A stretch of 64,000 bases of DNA, from the NCBI RefSeq assembly GCF_036365525.1, contig NC_090412.1, positions 16,232,963 through 16,296,962 of the forward strand, read 5' to 3'. The stretch's first letter is position 1, and each line of letters opens with the position of its first letter. The notes beneath the pieces were generated by a model. The model saw only the letters and a list, made by a program, of their open reading frames with translations, was not told where the DNA came from and ran no database searches. A program made the position numbers and the translations under genes. This document shows positions 53,501 to 62,046 of the stretch, in pieces. This stretch comes from Heterodontus francisci. Lineage: Eukaryota.

Positions 53501-54778
53501 CACCACAGTTCACTGTGTCACCAACACTCAAACAGATTTGTGAACTAGCAGGCATGTTTAGTCGAACCAACATGAACATTACCTGGGAAGGAAGGGGGAA
53601 TCTTTTGGCGCACTTTGGTAATAACTAACAGATTGTGTTGAACTGAATGCCCTGGTGCATTATCAATTTGTTTTGAAGTTAGCAGGTACCTGAAGGAAAA
53701 CCCGAGCTCTTTTCCCACTGTGCTCCACTGCACAGCGAGGAATGCAACCATGTTACACATCACAACTGGATTCTGAACCCCTGAGCAATGCCAAGGGTAT
53801 GTTTATCAAAAGATTCCAATAACCACTTCAATAATTGTAATGCTAGCAAGCGGGTACCCATGATATAAAAAGGTGTCAAGTTTATAGAAAATCACATCAA
53901 AACGCTCAGAAACACTGAAAATATATCTAAAAACTCATTACCTCTTTATCTTCGGTAAGTTTTGATAACAGGTAAACCAATGGATCCACATTCCGAACAT
54001 TTATCGATTTTAGCTCATCGTATTTCCTAAGAAATTCCTCTGGAGTTCTTGAAAACTCAGCTATTTTTACCTGAAATAAAAAAAATGCATTTGCTTTTAC
54101 GCAGTGTTCTCTGTTCCCTTCCCTCAATCAGCCCTGCAGCCTTGTCCCGGGCCACAACCCTTAGTCAATCATAAACATGGTTGTCAAAGTCAGCCAGCTG
54201 AAAACCCATATGCAATTTCTCCTTTCACACACCACCCCACAGGAAATCCCCAGCAACTATTCAGCAACTCCCTAAATTCCACTCAGTAGCAGTGTCCTTA
54301 GGTGTTCAAACCTGAAATTCAACTTTATCCCCCTCTTAGAATCATACAGCACAAGAGGAGGCCATTCAGCCCATCATGCCTGTGCTGGCTCTTTGAAAGT
54401 TATCCAATTAGTTTGATTCCCCTGTCCTTTCCCCAAAGCCCTGAAAATTTTTACCCTTCAAATATTTATCCAATTTCCATTTGAAAGTAGTTATTGAATC
54501 TGCTTCCACCACCCTTTCAGGCAGTGCATTCCAGATCATGACAATAAAAATATATTTTAAATACAGGAATTTCAGTTACTAGAAAGTGAAGCAGCTAGTT
54601 CATGGATCTATGTTGGACACATTGTTACCTTTGCACTGTGAGAAGATACAGTAGTTGTGACATATGGAGTTCTATTTTTTTGAAGGAGATCAATGTACAC
54701 TTCAGCTCCATCTCCACCACGAACTCGAAGCAAACTGAGCAGCTCATTGACATCATGATGGATTCGGAATTCACTCAT
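17451..54778 (-). CDS. TUBGCP2: Gamma-tubulin complex component 2, whole spliced CDS span (17 coding exons, 2694 nt, 897 aa)
   Basis: The exons listed separately join in frame from MSEFRIHHDVNELLSLL to LDFNGFYTERLERMSAERS...SAQ*. All intron phases are compatible and the peptide closely matches vertebrate GCP2. Confidence 0.97.
19309..19472 (-). CDS. TUBGCP2: TUBGCP2 exon 17
   Basis: ttcacag / gtaggt; FVAEHADALHSTSGFEGTINTFDNNFSSNLLDLLDRLSISSTNDCEHSMINIIY(R); 164 nt. Confidence 0.95.
20146..20274 (-). CDS. TUBGCP2: TUBGCP2 exon 16 (GC donor)
   Basis: Acceptor tcctag; RFTQSIKIDSEMTRLTLEHGTMKGPPTQSERSEETEKKRLTKK; donor AAG/gcaaat; 129 nt. Confidence 0.85.
20527..20820 (-). mobile_element. LINE 3' end fragment (CR1/L2 group)
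   Basis: Minus strand ends CAGCGGTTCAGGAAGGCAGCTCACCACCACCTTCTCCAGGGCAATTAGGGATGGGCAATAAATGCTGG...GACGCCCACATCCCATGAATGAAT. Confidence 0.8.
21262..21560 (-). mobile_element. Deu-domain SINE (SacSINE1/AmnSINE1-like)
   Basis: GGCAGCCAATTTG...CAAACAGCAATGTGATAATGACCAGATAATC...GGTTGAGGATAAATATTGGCCAGGA...GTTTAACGTCTCACCCGAAAGAC. Confidence 0.75.
23303..24296. mobile_element. Degenerate GC-rich MITE region with GGGCTG...CAGCCC termini, carrying a nested SINE
   Basis: Termini GGGCTGAATCTCA and TAAAATCCAGCCC resemble the TIRs of the element at 45341-46037. May be composite. Confidence 0.45.
23666..23937 (+). mobile_element. 5'-truncated HE1-like V-SINE
   Basis: Near-identical to 10991-11270; lacks the tRNA head. 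Confidence 0.9.
24464..24607 (-). CDS. TUBGCP2: TUBGCP2 exon 15
   Basis: tgttag / gtaagc; ASNIDEVLSYHTSFLDNCMKDCMLTNTVLLKIFSKLMSVCVMFTNCMQ; 144 nt. Confidence 0.96.
26110..26835 (+). mobile_element. CR1 LINE 3' fragment
   Basis: ERVQKRFMRMVP...LEELGLF; tail (ATTCTATG)n. Confidence 0.88.
27150..27484. mobile_element. Penelope-like non-autonomous fold-back element (inverted pseudo-LTR pieces) with a ~15-bp TSD
   Basis: 27187-27275 is the reverse complement of 27399-27488. Flanks are ATTTTCAAACTGGGG (27135-27149) and ATTTTAAAACTGGGG (27485-27499). Same family as 51589-52702. Confidence 0.85.
27388..27424 (+). ncRNA. Minimal type I hammerhead ribozyme-like motif (probably degenerate)
   Basis: AGTT-CTGATGA-A-AGGT(CACAA)ACCT-GAAA-CATT-AACT: core boxes, stem II and stem I present; stem III palindrome broken (CATT rather than CGTT). 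Confidence 0.6.
28239..28359 (-). CDS. TUBGCP2: TUBGCP2 exon 14
   Basis: ctttag / gtaagt; (W)FAAAFTLRQRMLNFVQNIQYYMMFEVMEPNWHIMENNLKS; 121 nt. Confidence 0.96.
30167..30295 (-). CDS. TUBGCP2: TUBGCP2 exon 13
   Basis: caatag / gtaggt; (R)KALTRYQMLFRHMFYCKHVERQLCNVWISNKVAKQYSLHSAK(W); 129 nt. Confidence 0.96.
33410..33790 (-). mobile_element. Degenerate Deu-domain SINE
   Basis: Similar to 63212-63650 (GCACTTCCTCAGTAATGCACT..TGTCAGCTTAGATTTTGTGCACAAGTCT). Confidence 0.55.
33961..34133 (-). CDS. TUBGCP2: TUBGCP2 exon 12
   Basis: ctgcag / gtaatt; INLMPHDLITQLLRVLAIETKQEKAIINADPTEIALSGLEAFSFDYVVKWPLSLIIN(R); 173 nt. Confidence 0.96.
35004..35388 (+). mobile_element. Full-length tRNA-derived SINE with a LINE-derived 3' tail
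   Basis: A box TGGCATAGTGG, B box GGTTCGAATTCC; tail TCAAGGGCAATT..GATGGGCAATAA..CCAGCGACGCCCACATCC shared with the LINE end at 20527; poly(A). Confidence 0.85.
36761..36941 (-). CDS. TUBGCP2: TUBGCP2 exon 11
   Basis: ctccag / gtgtgt; (R)SIKHYFLMDQGDFFVHFMDLTEEELKKSVDDIIPTRLEALLELALRMSTANTDPFKDDLK; 181 nt. Confidence 0.96.
39095..39275 (-). CDS. TUBGCP2: TUBGCP2 exon 10
   Basis: ctgtag / gtacaa; (G)KYLNVVRECGRDVTCP...KEKELLARL(R); 181 nt. Confidence 0.96.
41110..42280 (+). mobile_element. CR1 LINE 3' fragment containing a (TA)n expansion
   Basis: INDLDIGMERNISKFANDIKLG, EWADKWQMEFN and RRFTRIVPGM motifs. Confidence 0.9.
42655..42800 (-). CDS. TUBGCP2: TUBGCP2 exon 9
   Basis: gcacag / gtaata; (S)EFMVEEHELQKEKIQEDYNDKYWDQRYTIIQHRIPSFLQKLADKILST(G); 146 nt. 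Confidence 0.96.
43195..43752 (+). mobile_element. CR1 LINE 3' fragment
   Basis: RVVNLQNSLPQ..EAGSLNVFKAKLDRFL; tail CCTATTTCTTATG. Confidence 0.85.
43867..44056 (-). CDS. TUBGCP2: TUBGCP2 exon 8
   Basis: tatcag / gtatat; (A)TSVEKGECMGGSTLSVLHDRTFNYTGDSQAQELCLYLTKAASVPYFEILEKWIYRGIIQDPY(S); 190 nt. Confidence 0.96.
44462..44661 (-). CDS. TUBGCP2: TUBGCP2 exon 7
   Basis: actcag / gtatcg; (R)FIDDKSSFEHGQVNHALAAAMRTL...TMEILASI(A); 200 nt. Confidence 0.96.
44781..44988 (-). CDS. TUBGCP2: TUBGCP2 exon 6
   Basis: cattag / gtaggc; (G)TVALAAQEQMIVEDLLYVLIGVDGKY...AASYSSVT(R); 208 nt. Confidence 0.96.
45341..46037. mobile_element. GC-rich non-autonomous DNA transposon (PIF/Harbinger-type MITE)
   Basis: TIRs GGGCTGGATTTTA and TAAAATTCAGCCC; 3-bp TSD AAT at 45338-45340 and 46038-46040; sharp GC contrast with the flanks. 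Confidence 0.8.
46915..47074 (-). CDS. TUBGCP2: TUBGCP2 exon 5
   Basis: ttctag / gtatgt; PLEVVRKLLRDKHSKRNPGLIIPHFPPWVYERPALQGDFINSSSPITETVVSI(G); 160 nt. Confidence 0.94.
48044..48220 (-). CDS. TUBGCP2: TUBGCP2 exon 4
   Basis: ttgcag / gtaaag; TLQYLQQNAKDRAEH...ELEELRKQLGSVTTASSSQQ; 177 nt. Confidence 0.96.
48283..51033 (+). repeat. Perfect 63-bp direct repeat flanking a CR1 (48283-48345 and 50971-51033)
   Basis: TCAATTTCCTGGCTATAATTGTTAATCAACAGGCCATACAAGAAAACATGCTCTTCAACATCT is identical on both sides. Confidence 0.97.
48346..50970 (+). mobile_element. CR1 LINE, 5'-truncated within the endonuclease; same subfamily as 157-3194
   Basis: ORF pieces 48301-48885, 49370-50119 (RT: YLDFQKAF, GVPQGSVLGP, FADD) and 50522-50902; tail TTTTCTATGTT. 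Confidence 0.96.
51589..52702 (-). mobile_element. Penelope-like retroelement: GIY-YIG endonuclease fragment between inverted pseudo-LTRs, 15-bp TSD
   Basis: ORF 52016-52354 IYCIRCSQCGLLYIGETKRRLGDRFAEH..PVACHFN..GLN. Arms 51589-51929 and 52317-52659 are inverted. TATAAATTTAATCTT occurs at 51574-51588 and 52703-52717. Confidence 0.93.
51645..51681 (-). ncRNA. Degenerate minimal hammerhead-like motif (mirror copy at 52569-52605, plus strand)
   Basis: AGTT-CCGAAGA-A-GGGTCACTGAGCC-GAAA-TGTT-AACT; core deviates from CUGANGA and from the palindromic stem III. Confidence 0.45.
53942..54070 (-). CDS. TUBGCP2: TUBGCP2 exon 3
   Basis: tttcag / gtaatg; VKIAEFSRTPEEFLRKYDELKSINVRNVDPLVYLLSKLTEDKE; 129 nt. 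Confidence 0.96.
54340..54545 (-). mobile_element. CR1 3' tail fragment
   Basis: AGAATCATACAGCACA..GGAGGCCATTCAGCCCATC...TGCTTCCACCACCCTTTCAGGCAGTGCATTCCAGATC is a reverse-complement CR1 end. Confidence 0.75.
54629..54778 (-). CDS. TUBGCP2: TUBGCP2 exon 2, coding part (start codon)
   Basis: acacag/GAAAAATC-ATG; MSEFRIHHDVNELLSLLRVRGGDGAEVYIDLLQKNRTPYVTTTVSSHSAK; donor gtaaca. Confidence 0.97.
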
Positions 54779-56719
54779 GATTTTTCCTGTGTTAACAAGA
54801 AACGTAAGCATGCTGAAAAAGTCTACTGAAAACTTCAAATAATTACATAACATAACTGTACCCTTCAATATATCGCAGTACAGTATTTCACAGTCAAGTA
54901 ATCTACGAGGCCAATTTTCATTGCCCCAAGAAACATGTTTAAAACAAAGACATCAAAACTAGGGAGGTGGCAGTTGTGACAAAAGATGGAAACAAATTGC
55001 TGTGTTCCAAATTCTGTACTTAAAGATGTCATTTCAAATATAGGCTAGCGTTCTCCTTTAACTCATTAAATAAAAATGCTTCAAATTTCTGTAGGTTATT
55101 TGAGAATAGGCAACACTGAAAGGGTTTAAATAAGTCACGAATTTTCAGGTAAGAATCACAGGTGTAAAGTGAACAGTTTCGGGGAACCATTTCTTAGATT
55201 TACATCTACAACATGTTACTAAACTACTCCTAATCCCTACGATACATGAACAGGTTGAAAGTTCTCACCTATAATCTGCACAAAATTTGTATGCGAACAT
55301 AAAATCAAAACAGAATGGTTAAGGGACAATTTTCTAATGCATCCCAAGGCTAACTTTCCACAACACTATGGAACCAAATTACCTGTGACAATTGTGGGGA
55401 GCATATTGTTGCTAACTGTGATATATAGAAAACATTCACTGAGTTGAAACTAAACATCCCAATTCCCACTATATTATTCATTAGGTATATAGTTAACTAC
55501 AAATTTAGCAATTATAGATGGCAATTCTCCACATGCAAATAACAGCTTAAAATCATTAGCACTTTGTAGGGAAATGGAGCTTTTCCTAACTTTTCAGTGA
55601 AACATTTTTTATCCTGGAACCACAAAATGAACAGCTTCAACAGTCTATATTTTAGGAGCAGTGGAAAGAAAATCTCTGAATCACTAACTTATGCATAGTT
55701 TACAACTACTGTAATCACTGATGTTTGAATTTCGTAAGACACATTCAGGAATGGAATTGAAAGATAGACACCTCTGTCTAGAAATATATTCTGTTTATGA
55801 TATAATTAATTAAACTAAGCTGCAGCGAGATACATTGAGTCACAAAAAACTTTTTAAAATCTTGTTTGGAAATTAATATTTAAAAATCCATGAATTGCAG
55901 CACAGCTTATACAAATAGAGTCATAGAGTTATACAGCACAGAAAAAGGCCCTTCGGCCCATCGTGTCTGGGCTGGCCATCAAGCACCTATCTATTCTAAT
56001 CCCATTTTCCAGCACTTGGCCTGTAGCCTTGTATATGGCATTTATAAAATAGGCTTGAAAATTAATACACCATGGATCTGTATAAGTTAACAGCATTCAT
56101 TAATTACATGTGTCTCATGCAGTGTTGGTCTCGGTGAGTGTGCATACAGCACTGTAATACAAAATGTTATAAACTGACCTCAATGGCACTGGTGACAACA
56201 GGGAAAAAAGTTTTACCAGAGAGATGGTGTTTATTCAAATACTAGGAAGATAATTTTGTGCCCCCTTCCCTCAATATCTGGTTTATTAATTTCTACCCTT
56301 TCTGTCCTGTGTTTTGCATTCCTTCTTCACATTCCTCATTGTCTTCTCTCTCACTTTTGGCTCCCCAGTCACCCATTCTCATTCCAGTTATCTGATTTCA
56401 TCTATCCTTCTCTCTCTCTCTCAGTTACTGGGAGTGCATATTGTCTCAAACTCAATGATGAGACGTGTTGTATTAACAGAAACTTTCAGGGCATAAACCC
56501 TTGTTTAAATTTCTTCACAATTTTATGACATCAGTACACTCTGCATCACATCAATCTGTTGATAAATAAACCAATTAGGTAACTATTGTGCCTCTTTTAA
56601 AATCATTTTAGTATTTGCATCTGCTAACAGTATGGAATGAAAAGCAATCTGTTGCACTGCACGGATATAACTTGTACAGCACAACTCTGCTGAAGTTGCA
56701 CTGGCTGTGATAAGGGAAT

Positions 56720-57070
56720 AACTTGTATTTACATAGCACCTTTACTATAGTAAAATATCCCAAGGCACTTAACAAGAGTGTAATCAATCAATATTTTTGA
56801 TCAAGTCAAAAGGATCCAAACAGATGGCCAAAAGCCTGGTCAAAGAGGTAGGTTTTAAGGAGCATCTGAAAGGAGATGAGAGGAGATGAGAGGCAGAGGG
56901 GTTTAGTGAGGGAATTCTACAGATTATGGCCAAGGCAGCTGAAAGCACAACAATTAAAATCAGGATGTGCAAGGTGCTAGAATTGGCAGAGCACAGAGAT
57001 CTTGAAGGCTTATAGGGCTGGGGGAGGTTTTTAAAGAGGGGGTGGGATTTGAAACAAGATTTTAAAAAAT
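56720..57070 (-). mobile_element. L2 LINE 3' fragment
   Basis: AACTTGTATTTACATAGCACCTTTA..GTAAAA..TCCCAAGGCACTT...GGTCAAAGAGGTAGGTTTTAAGGAGC, similar to 14140-15230. Confidence 0.75.
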
Positions 57071-57721
57071 AAGGAACCTGGAAGAGGTGGGTTCACAAAT
57101 GTTGCAATATCCCAAATGGTGCAGCATTGGGATGAAGCCTTGCAGATTTATCTTAATGTATAAAATCAGAAGTACATTAGGTGCATTGAGGGAAAGCTAA
57201 TGGACGGGATAACTGTTCAAACTCTGCTTCAAAACAGTGGTTAGGAGCAATACAACTTACTGAAATACAAGAGAGTTGAGCCAGTTTAAAACAAAACCGA
57301 ATGGGATCAGCTGACCCTCCATCCCCTGCCCTGCGGTGTGACCTGTTTGTTACTGTGAACCCTCTCACACTGCCCCCAGCCCACACAAGACAGACTCAGC
57401 GCCCCCTCGGTTTATTGTAGGCTGCATTGTGGTGGGCGGGCTGAAAGCTGGCCTCCCGGACTGGGGGGCGTCTCACATCTCCACAGGCCGGTGCAACCTC
57501 GGCAGCCGGGACATACTGCCAGCCTCGGGCTGATGGTCGGTGGCAGCGGTGCAAATGCGGCCTCACCACCCACCCCTCGGGGCTCCAATCACCCGCCGGC
57601 CGGGTTATTGACAGAAACAAACAGCCGAGCAGCTGGCGGGAACCCGCGCTCTGTTTCAAAGAGCCAAAGAGGCCCGGCCCCGCCGTCTGTTCCCGCTCTC
57701 ACTCCAGCCCCTGGCCCTCAC

Positions 57722-57800
57722 CTCTTTGCCGCTGCCCTCACACCAAACAAACCCTACGCAGCGGTACCACCGCGCCGTTGCTTCCCTCAGAAAAGCCAAG
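57722..57800 (-). other. TUBGCP2: Probable non-coding exon 1 of TUBGCP2 (5' boundary approximate)
   Basis: Strong donor GAG/gtgagg at 57722/57721 inside the CpG island. Exon 2 has an acceptor 8 nt before the ATG, so an upstream exon is required. Confidence 0.55.
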
Positions 57801-58103
57801 GCACCGCCACTCCGTTCCGCCTTGCTTTTAGACAAAAAAAAAGCAGTCAAGTGGGCGTGATTCTGGCGGGCGTTAGGATCCAGCGAGAGCGATGGCTAGA
57901 GCGCAGGCGCACTCGGACCCACTGACTGGTTGACGTTGGAGCGCAGGCGCATTCGGGACCACTGGCCGGTTGACGGAGCGCAGGCGCAGTCGGACCGGAT
58001 TACGGTAAGCGCGCAGGCGCTCTCGGGCCGGTTGACGGTTGGAGCGCAGGCGCATTAGAGACGGTAGGCGGGGAAGCGCGGGGCCTGGGCCGAAGCCCCG
58101 GGA

Positions 58104-58232
58104 CTGGAGTTGGAGTTGGCGGGTGAGGAGGATGGAGGGTACGGGGCGGCTGGGCAGTCGGAGTTGCCGCCGTCACCTTTTACCTTTAGTTCCAAAAGGA
58201 TCTTCCTGCAGAAAGAGGACGAATTCTTCGAA
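58104..58232 (+). CDS. ZNF511: ZNF511 exon 1 (start uncertain; candidate CTG at 58104)
   Basis: LELELAGEEDGGYGAAGQSELPPSPFTFSSKRIFLQKEDEFFE / gtaggt matches the ZNF511 PFxF...FFE|DGD junction. Confidence 0.75.
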
Positions 58233-58254
58233 GTAGGTGGTGGTTGTTCTTGGA

Positions 58255-58458
58255 CCGGGTGAGACATTAAACGGACACCCCTGTTGAATCTGAATTAACC
58301 CATAGCACCATTTCCAGTCAGAACAGGGAGCACTTCGTCTCTGGTGTCCCGGTCAATATTTATTCCTCAACCGACATCAATAAAATAGATGATCAGCACA
58401 TTCTATCATTGCTGTTTGTGGGATCTTGCTGTGCACAAAATTGGCTCTGTTTTTCCTT
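58255..58458 (+). mobile_element. Deu-domain SINE fragment
   Basis: GGTGTCCCGGTCAATATTTATTCCTCAACC...CATTGCTGTTTGTGGGATCTTGCTGTGCACAAAATTGGC. Confidence 0.7.
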
Positions 58459-58469
58459 TTTTTATACGG

Positions 58470-59185
58470 TCATGGGATGTGAGCTGCTTCGTCGTGGATG
58501 ATGTTGAGCTTCTTTAATGTTGTTGGAGTTGCACCCATCCAGGCAAGTGGAGAGTATTCCATCACACTCTTGACTTGTGCCTTGTAGATGGTGGAAAGGA
58601 GTTAGGAGGTGAGTTACTCGCTGCAGAATTCCCAGCCTCTGACATGCTCTTATAGCCTCAGTATTTATATGGCTCGTCCAGTTAAGTTTCTGGTTAATGG
58701 TAACCCCCGCCCGCCCCCAGAATGTTGTTGGTGGTCTCAGTGATGGTAAGCCATTGAATGTGAAAGGGAGATGGTTAGATTATCTGTTGTTGGAGATGCT
58801 CATTGCTTGGCACCTGTGTGGTGTGAATGTTATTTACCGTTTATCAGCCCAAGCCTGAATGTTGTTCAGGTCTTGTTGCATGTGGACATGAGCTGCTTCA
58901 GTATCTGAGGAGCTGTGAATGGTATTTGATGGAAGACTGCAATTATCAACGAGCATCCCCACTTCTGACCTTGTGATGGAGGGAAGGTCATTGATGAAGC
59001 AGCTGAAGATGGTTAGGCCTAGGACACTACCCTGAGGAACTCCTGCAGTGATGTCCTGGTGCTGAGATGTTTGACCTCCAACAACTACAACTGTCTTCTC
59101 TTGTACTAGGTATGACTCCAACCAGCAGAGAGTTCTCCCCTTGATTCCCATTGCCTTCAGTTGTGCTAGGGCTCCTTGATGCCAC
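58470..59185 (-). mobile_element. LINE (CR1/L2 group) RT fragment
   Basis: ORF 58834-59151 WLESYL..GVPQGSVLGLTIFSCFINDLP..QQDLNNIQAWADK. Confidence 0.85.
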
Positions 59186-59189
59186 AGTG

Positions 59190-59395
59190 CCTTTCACAAC
59201 CTCAGGACATCGCAAAGTGTTTTACAGCCAATGAAATACTTTCTCGTGTAGTAACTGTTATAATCCAGGAAATATGGCAGCCAATTTGGGCACAGCAAGC
59301 TCCTGCAAACAGCAAAATGATGATATCCAGATAATCTGTCTCAGTCATGTTAATTGAGGAATAAACATTGGCCAGGACACCAGGGGAGCTCTCTG
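59190..59395 (-). mobile_element. Deu-domain SINE 3' fragment
   Basis: CCTTTCACAACCTCAGGACATC..CAGCCAATGAA..GGCAGCCAATTTG..CATTGGCCAGGACACC. Confidence 0.7.
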
Positions 59396-60429
59396 GCTAC
59401 ATTGCAAACACTTCAAAGATTTTTGCTGGATCATCTTCAGTCCCGCTGAACAAGTTCCATAATTTTCCCATTAGTGGCAGCTAAGGGTTTTATAGCACAT
59501 TTAAGCTGCTGACAGTGAGAAGTCTACTGAGCTTTCTTTAGGCTTTTGCAGGTAATTTGCTCTCGGATAGATTAGATATGGTGAAGGAGCCAAGGAGTTG
59601 AATCGTTGCAACCATGGAAAGATTCAGAATACAGGCGAACGGGCAGGTTATATACTCAAAGCTATTGATGGTGATAAGAAAAAGAATGGAATCAAGCATG
59701 CTACCCTGACCTATCTCTATAGCTTTTTAAATACAAAGACAATTTATGTTGAGCTAATGCCTTCTGATAAAATTATGCATCCAATTCTGCAGATAACAAA
59801 ACAGGCCAACCTGTTAAGGCTAGGATTCTGTACTTTGTTAAATTCTCTACAAAGTAATAGGTACTGCAATAACTCCATGCTGGGTATTGTTTCTGGATCA
59901 TGAAATCAAGAGCGAGTAAACCAACCAGTTTGTGCAGATGTCAAATTGGTGCCTAGATAGTGAGCTGCGGGGATTGTAACATTGCACCAAATATGTTTCC
60001 TTATCCTTTGAACCAGTTGACCTTAGAAATAAGTGGAGTTGAAATTTGCCTCACTAAAATGTAACTAAATCTCATGGACACCAATAGCCGATTGTTACTT
60101 CTAGTGTCACTGTTGGATGTTCTTGGTTGATCAAGGAAGTAAACTATATTCTTTGACAGTATGTAAGCATACAGTAAAGGAAGAAGTGTTACTACTGGGT
60201 TCCCTTGTAGGCTGATCCGCTGGCAGCCAGTCTATGGGAACTATGTCCGAGGCCACTCAGATATAGCAATAGGTTTCAGTGGATGCTGTTAACGTAGCAG
60301 AGTTGATGGTTTCATTGTCTTCTAATGACATTATCGCCACCTGGGGTCCACAGTCTCACCCAGTAGCTCCTTTGACTAGGTTTATGGGCACACCTCTTGA
60401 CATTGGTTAAATTAGCCAATTAGATATAC

Positions 60430-60630
60430 TGTTGCTCAACTTCCGAATCAAGGGACAGATTGTCTGTCACCGTGGACCCAAGGTAGCAGAATTTGCTAAC
60501 CACTTCCAGTGGGGTGTTATTTACTGTGATCAGAGGTGGAGATGCAACACCTTGTCCCATGACTACATTTCCATCATCTTTCGTAGATGGAAGGATGTCA
60601 ACCATGCTCACCCTCCACCACAAGGAGGTT
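60430..60630 (-). mobile_element. RTE LINE fragment
   Basis: PPLITVNNTPLEVVSKFCYLGSTVTDNLSLDSE is typical of the region after the RTE RT domain. Confidence 0.75.
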
Positions 60631-60749
60631 TATACCAGTGAAGGATAAAACTTTGTGAGTAACTGATTAACTTGTGACTATGAAAATCTGCAATTATCAA
60701 GCCAATGGTTTACAGAAAATAATTTCACTTTTTTTAAATTTTATTTCAG

Positions 60750-60820
60750 GATGGTGATATCCATAGACATTTATATCTGCGAAATGCCATAACAAGTGTG
60801 GGAGAAGTGGAAAGACCCAA
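60750..60820 (+). CDS. ZNF511: ZNF511 exon 2
   Basis: tttcag / gtaaat; DGDIHRHLYLRNAITSVGEVERP(K); 71 nt. Confidence 0.92.
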
Positions 60821-60938
60821 GTAAATATATCTGTTTGCTTTTCAGGATTGCTCCTTTTCTAACTATATTGAATTAAATAATTTCCTTTTTTTTTCCTGAA
60901 GCACTAACTTGTGTATATTCATTTGTTCCTTAATCTAG

Positions 60939-61140
60939 GGTTTCTGAATTCTGTTGCCATATAGCAGGTTGCAGTCAACTGTTTGATACCCTCGAAAACT
61001 ATGAACATCATTATAACACATTCCACCGCAACGTCTGCTCCTCCTGCAAGCGCTCTTTCCCCTCCAGTCATCTGCTAGATATTCACATCCTGGAATGGCA
61101 CGACTCACTTTTCCAAATTCTGGCAGCAAAACAGAACATG
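60939..61140 (+). CDS. ZNF511: ZNF511 exon 3 (two C2H2 fingers); the gene continues beyond the window
   Basis: atctag / gtaagt; VSEFCCHIAGCSQLFDTLENYEHHYNTFHRNVCSSCKRSFPSSHLLDIHILEWHDSLFQILAAKQNM. Confidence 0.95.
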
Positions 61141-62046
61141 GTAAGTGACTATGAAACTCTAATTCTTGCATTGTTCACTGGTCTGTGTTAAATCTGTGTA
61201 TTTATGGCTGATTTAGAGAACAGGGCTGTCTGAACTCCATGCAGATCCAAGAACACGTATCTGTGTACAGTGGCTGGATAATCCAGGAGTCTCATTAACT
61301 TCTATTAATGCAATACAGTGATGATGTACAGTTTTAAGAGCAACTATTTGGGTACAGCAAACTCAGGGTACAATGCAGCTGTTGAGTTGGAGGGAATGAA
61401 GGCCAACACTTTTTGCTCCAAGATACATCAGCAATCCAGATTTATGCTAATCAAGACAAGGTTATGTCAGTGTTAGAGAACAGAATTGTATCAGAATCAA
61501 GCACTCCTAGGTGAGGTACAACACAGAATAAAGAACCTTTCTAATCTTCCCCAACCTCAGTGATTGCATTTGTAATCACCTCTCGAAAGGAAGGTTGTGG
61601 TTTAAGTTCCTAAGCAGGACCGACACATCCTACTTTCCAATGTAGTATTCAAGGAAACCATATTTATTAACTACCATCCTCCAAATATGAAGTTAAAAGA
61701 TTGTCAGTGATGGACATTAAAGATCCCATAGTGTTACTCACAGCTTAATTGGCTAATATTCTATCAGAGAACCCTGGCCCTTATTAGTACCTTGTTCCAT
61801 CGAATAGGATATTAGGGAGATTTATATTTGTGATGCGTCTGGCTATTCAGCACCCAGTTGGAGTCACAAACCATTTGACAGATCTACTTAGCAGATCTCA
61901 AATTCTTGAAGAGGAGCAGGAATGAGGACCAAGAGTATCCTAAGTCGACTAGAAAGGCTTAGTGTACCTCAATATTTCCGATTACAGAACACTAGTCTAA
62001 CATCCAGTCTTATCTTATTCCATATTGAAGGCCTAGTATTGAGATT

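Larger units (their letters stand above)
57400..58240. promoter_or_regulatory. CpG-island bidirectional promoter of TUBGCP2 and ZNF511 with five NRF1-like sites
   Basis: High CpG density; GCGCAGGCGC at 57901, 57941, 57978, 58011 and 58044; lies between divergent first exons. Confidence 0.85.

Noticed and set aside
57491-57925. 144-aa ORF and overlapping ORFs in the CpG island
   Set aside because: Expected by-product of high GC content; no protein family features.
57893-58058. Regularly spaced repeats resembling a CRISPR array
   Set aside because: The repeat is only 10-11 bp, the spacers resemble each other, there are no cas genes, and the context is a vertebrate promoter.
58001-58067. Short intron (ACG/GTAAGC...TAG) that could bypass the in-frame stop of ZNF511
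   Set aside because: Only 63 nt with no polypyrimidine tract, and the nearest upstream ATG (57892) terminates after 13 codons.
58039-58236. ORF-track 65-aa ORF as the ZNF511 N-terminus
   Set aside because: Wrong frame; the ZNF511-like PFTF...EFFE peptide is in another frame that joins exon 2.
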